From contig JBMNGG010000021.1 in assembly GCA_050949705.1 (NCBI GenBank), positions 18,845-50,844 on the forward strand: DNA of 32,000 nucleotides. Direction: 5' to 3'. The DNA is from Tepidanaerobacteraceae bacterium. GTDB lineage: Bacteria; Bacillota; Thermosediminibacteria; Thermosediminibacterales; Tepidanaerobacteraceae. The position numbers and the translations under genes were made by a program. The stretch's first letter is position 1. Each line of letters starts with the position of its first letter. Shown here one piece after another: positions 27,215 to 32,000 of the stretch. Below the pieces are notes generated by a model that ran no database searches, was not told where the DNA came from, and was given only the letters and a program-made list of their open reading frames with translations.

Positions 27215-28459
27215 ATGATGCGGTCAATGTTTTCTGGGGTTACAGGTCTCAGAAACCATCAGATAAAAATGGATGTGATTGGAAATAACATCGCAAATGT
27301 TAATACTATCGGCTTTAAAAAAAGTCGAGTTACATTTCAAGATACTTTAAGCCAAACTATGAGGGGTGCATCCTCACCTCAGGGGAATCGTGGTGGCAGT
27401 AATCCTATGCAGGTGGGATTAGGAATGACAATTGCATCAATAGATACTATTCACAGCCCTAGTAGTGCTGAATCTACTGGTAACATGACTGATATGGCAA
27501 TAGACGGTGAGGGGTATTTTATACTTGGCGATGGTTTGGAAAGGTATTATACTAGAGCAGGTAATTTTGGATTTGATGAACTAGGCAACTTTATTAATAC
27601 AGCTAATGGATTAAAAGTACAAGGATGGCAAGATATAGCAAATTATGAAGTCCCTCAAGACAAATCACCACAGTCAATTAGAAGTATAGAAATACGAAAG
27701 GGTATGATGATACCGGCATCTGCAACAACTGAGGTTAACTTTGCAAAAAACCTAAATGCCGAAACACCTGATGGCGAATCATATTCACTACCATTTAAAT
27801 TATATGATTCTTTAGGATGTATACATAATTTATCAATCGTGTTTACAAAAGCAGCTGCCAATACATGGGATTACCAGATAACTCATCCTGACGGAACTGA
27901 AACCGATTTGGGTGGTAATACAGGTACTATATCTTTTGAAGCAAGTGGAAGTGGTAAGTATCAAAGTGCTACAGGAGGGCCATTAACTTTAACCTTGACT
28001 AATGGGGCTGCTAATATGTCACTTAATATTGATTTTTCTAGTATTACCCAATATGCCAAAGAAACAAACGTAGACTTATCTTCTCAAAATGGTTATCCTG
28101 CAGGAACCTTGACAGGTACTACAACCGATACATCTGGTGTCATCACTGGCATTTTCGACAACGGGCTTAGTAAACAATTAGCTCAAGTAGCCATTGCAAA
28201 CTTCGACAATCCTGCGGGTTTGATTAAAGCTGGTCAGAACATGTATTCTTATTCTAACAACTCAGGGGAACCTCAGATTGGGGAAAGTGGTACTGGGGGT
28301 CGGGGGGCTATTGCTCCCGGATACTTGGAAATGTCTAATGTAGACCTTTCCGAAGAGTTTACTCAGATGATAATAACACAAAGAGGATTTCAAGCAAACT
28401 CAAGAATAATTACAGCTTCTGATGAAATGCTTCAAGAGTTAGTTAATATTAAACGATAG
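27215..28459 (+). CDS. flgE: Flagellar hook protein FlgE
   Basis: 414-aa ORF with N-terminus MMRSMFSGVTGLRNHQIKMDVIGNNIANVNTIGFK and C-terminus GYLEMSNVDLSEEFTQMIITQRGFQANSRIITASDEMLQELVNIKR. Confidence 0.95.
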   Translation: MMRSMFSGVTGLRNHQIKMDVIGNNIANVNTIGFKKSRVTFQDTLSQTMRGASSPQGNRGGSNPMQVGLGMTIASIDTIHSPSSAESTGNMTDMAIDGEGYFILGDGLERYYTRAGNFGFDELGNFINTANGLKVQGWQDIANYEVPQDKSPQSIRSIEIRKGMMIPASATTEVNFAKNLNAETPDGESYSLPFKLYDSLGCIHNLSIVFTKAAANTWDYQITHPDGTETDLGGNTGTISFEASGSGKYQSATGGPLTLTLTNGAANMSLNIDFSSITQYAKETNVDLSSQNGYPAGTLTGTTTDTSGVITGIFDNGLSKQLAQVAIANFDNPAGLIKAGQNMYSYSNNSGEPQIGESGTGGRGAIAPGYLEMSNVDLSEEFTQMIITQRGFQANSRIITASDEMLQELVNIKR

Positions 28460-28474
28460 AATATTGTTAAATAA

Positions 28475-28499
28475 CCGGGCTTGATAAAATCAGGCCCGG
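28475..28499 (+). other. GC-rich intercistronic stem-loop between flgE and flbD (no U-tract)
   Basis: CCGGGCTTGAT (28475-28485), loop AAA, ATCAGGCCCGG (28489-28499). This is an 11-bp stem with one G-U pair, followed by GAAAATTGAGGG rather than a T-run. Confidence 0.6.
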
Positions 28500-28520
28500 G
28501 AAAATTGAGGGTGTATTTCA

Positions 28521-28721
28521 ATGATAAAGCTAACTAGGCTTAACGGAAAAACTTTTATTGTTAATGTAGATTTGATTGAAACTATAGAGTCAACACCTGA
28601 TACAGTAGTGACACTGACTACTGATAAAAAATATATAGTCATGGAACATGCTGATGAAATCATTGACAAAGTTATACAATACAAAAAAAACATATTTCTC
28701 AGTGAGACTCTTAAATCTTGA
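28521..28721 (+). CDS. flbD: Flagellar protein FlbD (SwrD-like)
   Basis: 66-aa ORF with MIKLTRLNGKTFIVNVDLIETIESTPDTVVTLTTDKKYIVMEHADEIIDKV, the classic FlbD sequence. Confidence 0.9.
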   Translation: MIKLTRLNGKTFIVNVDLIETIESTPDTVVTLTTDKKYIVMEHADEIIDKVIQYKKNIFLSETLKS

Positions 28722-28737
28722 AGGGAAGTGCGACTAA

Positions 28738-29571
28738 GTGCAACGCAAGTTGGATTTTTCAACACTAACCGGTATTTTGAGTGGTTTTATTTTGATTATG
28801 TACGCCATATATAATGGAGGAACCTTAAGAACATATCTTAACTTCAATTCGTTTTTAATAACATTGGGTGGAACCATAGCAGCAACAATAGCCAATTACC
28901 CCTTTTCAAAAATAGCCGGTTTATCAAAAGTATTAAGAGTAGCTTTTACTGAAAAATCTATAGAAGCAGACGATGTAATTGGTACTATTATTAATTTGGC
29001 TGAAACTGCTCGAAGAGAAGGGTTGCTGGCGTTAGAGGATGCTGCATACCAATTGGAAGATGATTTTATGCAAAAGGGAATATTGCTTATTGTAGATGGG
29101 ACAGACCCGGAACTTGTTAGGAATATTATGGAAACAGAGCTTGTCTTTTTAGAAGAAAGACATGGTGAGGGGCAGGGTATCTTTGAAACCATGGGTACTT
29201 TTGCTCCGGCGTTTGGATTGCTTGGTACTGTTATAGGGCTTATAAATATGTTAACTCAACTGGATAACCCTGATACTATAGGATCCGGAATGGCTGTAGC
29301 TCTTATTACTACATTTTATGGCTCATTACTCGCCAATATGCTATTTTTACCATTGGCTGGAAAGCTTAAAGTAAGAAGCAGTGAAGAAATACTCATAAAA
29401 GAGGTTATGATAGAAGGAATGTTATCTATACAAGCTGGAGAAAACCCTAGAATAATTGAGGAAAAACTAAAAGCTTTCTTAGCTCCTGCTATCAGAAATG
29501 GTATGAGTTTAAATAAAAATGTTGAAAGTGGTGAAGACCTTGCCTGGCAGCAGCAGACGGCGCGGTTATAG
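28738..29571 (+). CDS. motA: Flagellar motor stator protein MotA
   Basis: 277-aa ORF with four TM segments and FAPAFGLLGTVIGLINML…AVALITTFYGSLLANMLFLPLAGKL. The track start is GTG 28738; TTG 28750 would give the canonical MDFSTLTG N-terminus. Confidence 0.93.
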   Translation: MQRKLDFSTLTGILSGFILIMYAIYNGGTLRTYLNFNSFLITLGGTIAATIANYPFSKIAGLSKVLRVAFTEKSIEADDVIGTIINLAETARREGLLALEDAAYQLEDDFMQKGILLIVDGTDPELVRNIMETELVFLEERHGEGQGIFETMGTFAPAFGLLGTVIGLINMLTQLDNPDTIGSGMAVALITTFYGSLLANMLFLPLAGKLKVRSSEEILIKEVMIEGMLSIQAGENPRIIEEKLKAFLAPAIRNGMSLNKNVESGEDLAWQQQTARL

Positions 29572-30289
29572 AAAAAATGAGCAAGCATCAGGTGGTGCCC
29601 CTGCATGGATGACTACATATGGAGATTTAATTACACAAGTTCTGATTTTTTTTATCTTGTTGTTTTCCTTTTCAAATGTGGATAGGGATAAATTTAATAT
29701 AGCAATGCTTTCATTGCAGGGCTCACTGGGTATAATCGACGGTGGTATGGCTTTAAACAAAGACGATTTTATTGAAGGTGGAGATGTAGGAGAACTCTTG
29801 ATTTTCGGTCAGGAGCAAAAAGAGTTTGAGTTGCTACACAAAAAAGTCTATGAAATTATTGCTGAAGGCAATCTAAAAGGGATACAAGTAAATCTTGATG
29901 AACGTGGATTACTCATAAGATTTGTCGAAGGAGTTTTATTTGATTCTGGAAAAGCTGATATAAAAAACGAGGCAAAAACTATTTTGGATAAAATCGCGCC
30001 ATTACTTATCGAGACACACCGACATATAAGAATTGAAGGTCACACTGACAATCTGCCTATAAATACTCGTGATTTTCCATCAAACTGGGAATTGTCTACT
30101 GCCAGAGCAGTTAATGTTGTAAAATATTTGATAGAAAAACACAACTTTTCTCCATATATTATGTCCGCAGCAGGATACGGTGAATATAGACCGATAGCTC
30201 CTAATGATTCCGCAAAACATAGAGCTTTAAATCGGCGAGTGGATATAATAATTTTAAAATCTACTTTGGAGAACGAGGAACCAAAATAA
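29519..30289 (+). CDS. motB: Flagellar motor stator protein MotB (OmpA-like C-terminal domain)
   Basis: It has APAWMTTYGDLITQVLIFFILLFS with the conserved Asp before the TM segment. The C-terminal region has RIEGHTDNLPI, NWELSTARAVNVVKYL and NRRVDIII. The start is uncertain: ATG 29519, or TTG 29540 after GGTGA. Either overlaps the motA 3' end. Confidence 0.9.
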   Translation: MLKVVKTLPGSSRRRGYRKNEQASGGAPAWMTTYGDLITQVLIFFILLFSFSNVDRDKFNIAMLSLQGSLGIIDGGMALNKDDFIEGGDVGELLIFGQEQKEFELLHKKVYEIIAEGNLKGIQVNLDERGLLIRFVEGVLFDSGKADIKNEAKTILDKIAPLLIETHRHIRIEGHTDNLPINTRDFPSNWELSTARAVNVVKYLIEKHNFSPYIMSAAGYGEYRPIAPNDSAKHRALNRRVDIIILKSTLENEEPK

Positions 30290-30302
30290 AGGAGGATTAG
30301 CT

Positions 30303-30758
30303 TTGGCGACCCAACAAAGCTCTGAGAAAAAGAGTATATTAAGAAATGTGGTAATTGTGGTTTTGGTGTTATTTACACTGATGATTATAACTACTTTAGT
30401 TACATATTATGTTGCACAGAGTTTTTTACGTGATAGTGTAAATCCACCTGCTGAGTCGCCTAAAAACCACATAACATACGATGCTGGAGAGTTTTTAACA
30501 AATTTATCAGACTCAGGTTACATAAAATTGTCTTTGGTTTATTTGATTGATGATAAGGCAGTGGAGAAAGAGTTGGAATTAAAGGAAAGTGAAACAAGAG
30601 ACAAAATATTCACGATACTTAGATCGATGAAAAACGATTCAGTAAGAGACAGTGAAGGCATGGAAGAACTGAGAGTGTTAATAAAAGAATCCTTAAATGA
30701 TATCATAGATAGTGGAAATATAACAGATGTGTATTTTACAAGTATTATCGTGAATTAA
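30303..30758 (+). CDS. fliL: Flagellar basal body-associated protein FliL
   Basis: 151-aa ORF with a TTG start after AAGGAGG, a single N-terminal TM segment (VVIVVLVLFTLMIITTLVTYYV), and a FliL-like periplasmic region (YIKLSLVYLI…RDKIFTILRS). It sits between motB and fliM. Confidence 0.85.
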   Translation: MATQQSSEKKSILRNVVIVVLVLFTLMIITTLVTYYVAQSFLRDSVNPPAESPKNHITYDAGEFLTNLSDSGYIKLSLVYLIDDKAVEKELELKESETRDKIFTILRSMKNDSVRDSEGMEELRVLIKESLNDIIDSGNITDVYFTSIIVN

Positions 30759-30768
30759 TAGTGGAAGG

Positions 30769-31773
30769 GTGAGTACTTTGCCAGAGATACTTTCTCAAAA
30801 TGAAATAGATGCTCTTCTAACAGCCTTATCTAGCGGAGAAGTAAAAGCAGAGGAAATAAAAAGTCAAGAAACTGATAAGAAAGTAAAACCCTATGATTTT
30901 AAACGACCTAATAAGTTCTCTAAGGAACAATTACATACTTTGCGCATGATTCACGATAATTTTGCTAGATTGTTAACAACTTACCTGTCTGCTCAATTAC
31001 GTACTTTAGTTCAGATTGATGTATTTGCTGTGGAACAAATGACCTATAATGAATTTATTTTTTCTGTCCCAAACCCCTCTATTATAGCTGTTGTAGATTT
31101 TGTATCATTAAATGGTGCTACAATAATGGAAATGAATCCTTCAGTTGCTTTCGCAATAATCGATAGATTATTAGGGGGTAGTGGTGAATATAATGGGAAA
31201 TTGCGAGAGCCAACTGATATAGAAAATGGCATTATAGAAAAAATATTTAAAAATATGATAAAAATATTGGGTGATGCATGGAAAGACATCAATGATATAA
31301 ATCCAACAATGGAAAAAATTGAAACAAACTCCCAATTTATCCAACTAGTTTCTCCTAATGAGGCAGTTGCTTTAATTACATTTAACGCCAAAGTTGGTCA
31401 GAGTGAAGGTATGCTTAATCTATGTTTGCCACATATTGTTATGGAACCCATCATATCAAAGTTGTCTACTAGAATTTGGTTATCGACTAGTAAAAGAGAA
31501 CAATCGGAAAAGACACAAAAAATAATAGAAAAGAAAATATACAATATGCAGACACAGTTAAGAGCGGTGCTTGGTAAAGCACAAATACCCGTTGGTGAGT
31601 TTATTAATTTAAAAGTAAACGATGTTATAAAACTAGATAAGAACATAAGAGGCGGTGCGGATATCTATATAAAAGATAAACTAAAATGTTCTGGTAGCAT
31701 AGGCATTTCTCATAATAAGATGGCGATAAAAATAAACAAATTAGTTGCGGAGGAGGCTAACATATATGGATGA
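30769..31773 (+). CDS. fliM: Flagellar motor switch protein FliM
   Basis: It has the N-terminal CheY-P binding motif LSQNEIDALL, a central FliM domain, and a C-terminal SpoA/FliN-like domain. TTG 30778 (8 nt after GGAAGGG) is a plausible alternative to GTG 30769. Confidence 0.95.
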   Translation: MSTLPEILSQNEIDALLTALSSGEVKAEEIKSQETDKKVKPYDFKRPNKFSKEQLHTLRMIHDNFARLLTTYLSAQLRTLVQIDVFAVEQMTYNEFIFSVPNPSIIAVVDFVSLNGATIMEMNPSVAFAIIDRLLGGSGEYNGKLREPTDIENGIIEKIFKNMIKILGDAWKDINDINPTMEKIETNSQFIQLVSPNEAVALITFNAKVGQSEGMLNLCLPHIVMEPIISKLSTRIWLSTSKREQSEKTQKIIEKKIYNMQTQLRAVLGKAQIPVGEFINLKVNDVIKLDKNIRGGADIYIKDKLKCSGSIGISHNKMAIKINKLVAEEANIYG

Positions 31774-32000
31774 GCAACTGTTATCACAGGAAGAAATTGA
31801 GGAGCTCACTAGGGGAATTGAAGACAACAACCAAATTACAAAAGATGAAATAGATGCCTTAGGTGAAATTGGTAACATATCTATAGGTACTTCTGCTACA
31901 ACCTTATATTCCCTACTTAGAAACAAAGTAGTAATAACAACTCCAAAAGTCAGTATAACAAATATTGCCAAACTAAAAGAAGCCTATCCCATGCCATTTA
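31766..32000 (+). CDS. fliY: Flagellar motor switch phosphatase FliY (FliN family with CheC-like N-terminal domain), 5' fragment running off the window
   Basis: This is my own translation from ATG 31766 (RBS GGAGGAGG; 8-nt overlap with the fliM stop): MDEQLLSQEEIEELTRGIEDNNQITKDEIDALGEIGNISIGTSATTLYSLLRNKVVITTPKV… It has an EIxxL CheY-binding-like N-terminus and the CheC-type D-x-LGE-x-GNI motif. The frame is open to the window end. Confidence 0.85.
   Translation, partial: MDEQLLSQEEIEELTRGIEDNNQITKDEIDALGEIGNISIGTSATTLYSLLRNKVVITTPKVSITNIAKLKEAYPMPF

Noticed and set aside
1-32000. A hidden novel system (defence island, toxin-antitoxin, CRISPR, mobile element, secondary-metabolite or unknown multi-gene cassette).
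   Set aside because: There is no strand switch, no obvious compositional island, no repeat arrays and no orphan multi-gene block. Every substantial + strand ORF maps to a well-known housekeeping or flagellar family in a widely conserved order. The only proteins of unknown function (YlxM, YraN, the YlxF-like and TIGR02530-type proteins) are themselves conserved members of these operons.

Overview
All credible genes in this 32-kb window lie on the + strand. By eye it is low-GC (roughly one third G+C), and it looks like core chromosome of a low-GC Firmicute (Bacillus/Clostridia-like). Every + strand ORF over 100 aa belongs to a family I recognise. Gene order follows the Bacillus subtilis smc-to-fla/che region closely. 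The first part runs smc (3' end), ftsY, ylxM, ffh, rpsP, khpA(ylqC), rimM, trmD, rplS, rbgA(ylqF), rnhB, yraN, comM/yifB, a CobO-family adenosyltransferase, dprA, topA, trmFO(gid), xerC(codV), hslV(clpQ), hslU(clpY) and codY. A strong terminator follows codY. The large flagellar operon then runs flgB, flgC, fliE, fliF, fliG, fliH, fliI, fliJ, ylxF-like, fliK, flgD, a TIGR02530-type flagellar operon protein, flgE, flbD, motA, motB, fliL, fliM and fliY (5' end). I found no tRNA or rRNA genes, CRISPR arrays, transposases, prophage remnants or defence-type cassettes. I see no sequence evidence for a novel multi-gene system, and this should be treated as an ordinary, highly conserved region. The items most worth checking are listed here. 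(1) Two otherwise intact genes, xerC and fliH, are each broken by a +1 frameshift at a homopolymer (T6 and A8). Equal or longer homopolymers in other genes are in frame. (2) A duplicated 26-27 bp TTGAC-containing module with an internal inverted repeat lies upstream of flgB. (3) A GC-rich stem-loop without a U-tract lies just after flgE. (4) The GC-rich flgE leader carries a hairpin whose loop is the three-frame stop string TGACTGACTGA, plus a second SD-like AAGGAGG. (5) Three AATTTAG direct repeats abut the promoter of the xerC-hslVU-codY operon. Start codons were refined by eye from RBS spacing and are less certain than stop codons.
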